Below, in pieces: positions 63,077 to 64,000 of a DNA stretch of 64,000 nucleotides; the first letter of the stretch is position 1; each line of letters starts with the position of its first letter. This stretch comes from Atractiella rhizophila (taxonomy: Eukaryota). The stretch covers positions 1 through 64,000 of the forward strand of contig MU271437.1 in assembly GCA_021432655.1 (NCBI GenBank), in the 5' to 3' direction. The translations under genes were made by a program, and so were the position numbers. A model generated the notes under the pieces. That model was not told the origin of the DNA and did no database searches. It saw nothing but the letters and a program-made list of their open reading frames with translations.

Positions 63077-64000
63077 GGGAAAGTGAGGATGAAGTCCCAA
63101 CCGAAAACTGCAAAGCAAGCTGCGCTCCAGTTCAGTGAAGCTTACATGGGGAGCAAGGAGATCGAACCTGTGAGATAGGTCCGACTAGCAGAAAGAGAGT
63201 CTTCTAAAGCTGTACGTTGCACGGCGAGATCGAGTGGTTCTTCCACAGTAAAACTCAGGTTTGCTGAAGACATAGCAGCTGCTTTGTGACAGGAAAATCG
63301 TGAGGCAGGTGCAACCCTCGGCAGGGGAGGCCGCTTTTTAAGTCGCGTTTGAGTTTGCTTCGAGCTTCTTCGGACATGAAGTGTTTATGAAAGTGCATGG
63401 GGGGGCTGTGTTGAGGATTGTGATACTCGGTCAACGAAACGAAATGTGGAATCACGCTAGACAGTGCCGTTTTCCGCAGCGTCCTTCTGCTGCTCCACAA
63501 ACCAATCTCCAAAAGAAGGGCGAGTTGATAACCTGGCCTAGAAAAGCTCCGGAAGATACCAGGCGTCACCGAGCCGACGCCACTTCAGGTTAGTGTTTGC
63601 GATGTCGCGGGAAAAAGATCTGCAATTTGATAACCACAAACTTTGAATGGCCACCTAAACGCCATATTTGCGATGATAAAGGAAAGAGTGGCTCCGGCTT
63701 GGTAAGCTTCGTGCATCATCCTGCTGACTTGTTTCGGGATGTGTGGGGTTAACACCTTTCCCGGCCCTGCAACGAGATGTGCATAAAGTAAGCAATTTCT
63801 CAGCGTGGGTCAGCTTCATCGTAAAAAGGCAAAGTTACCTTACGAAACTCTGTCACGACCGGATGATGAAAACGAGCCGGAGGCCTTTGGTTCAATGATC
63901 ATTTTGGAAACGATGAAATGTCAGTTCTTGGAAGTCGATATCCTAGCTACACCGACGGGTGATAGAGCGTGTTAGGCTTATTTCTCGCTCATCCCCACCT

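Noticed and set aside
63255..63569. LLEIGLW motif suggesting a HeLo-associated kinase
   Set aside because: No other kinase motifs were recognisable nearby.

Overview
Eukaryotic, almost certainly fungal, genomic DNA. It looks basidiomycete-like: GT-AG introns of about 46-56 nt with CTRAC/CTAAC branch points, plus DUF6533-, DUF6698- and Plavaka-type sequences. The window is a transposon-dense accessory region. It holds two Ty1/copia remnants, a 5'-truncated Tad1-like LINE, three hAT transposase relics, an apparently intact MULE/SWIM transposase, two CACTA/En-Spm-like relics, a truncated Plavaka transposase paired head-to-head with a DUF6698-like gene, and several non-autonomous repeat families. 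Embedded among them are defence- or effector-type host genes. The standout is a 4-exon gene (30770-28044, minus) encoding a putative signal peptide, a pepsin-family aspartic protease (DTGS/DSGS), one transmembrane helix and a cytoplasmic patatin phospholipase (DGGGxR/GTSTG/DGG). This receptor-like protease-phospholipase fusion is broken only by one missing A. It converges on a Crinkler(CRN)-header + restriction-endonuclease-like + protein kinase gene (22537-24982). Also present are an intact F-box gene, an NLR-type TPR remnant, a PVL-type lectin blade, a PA-TM(-RING) E3 ligase relic and two DUF6533-like membrane-protein paralogues. No rRNA, tRNA or CRISPR was found. All family calls come from motif recognition by eye, not from database searches.
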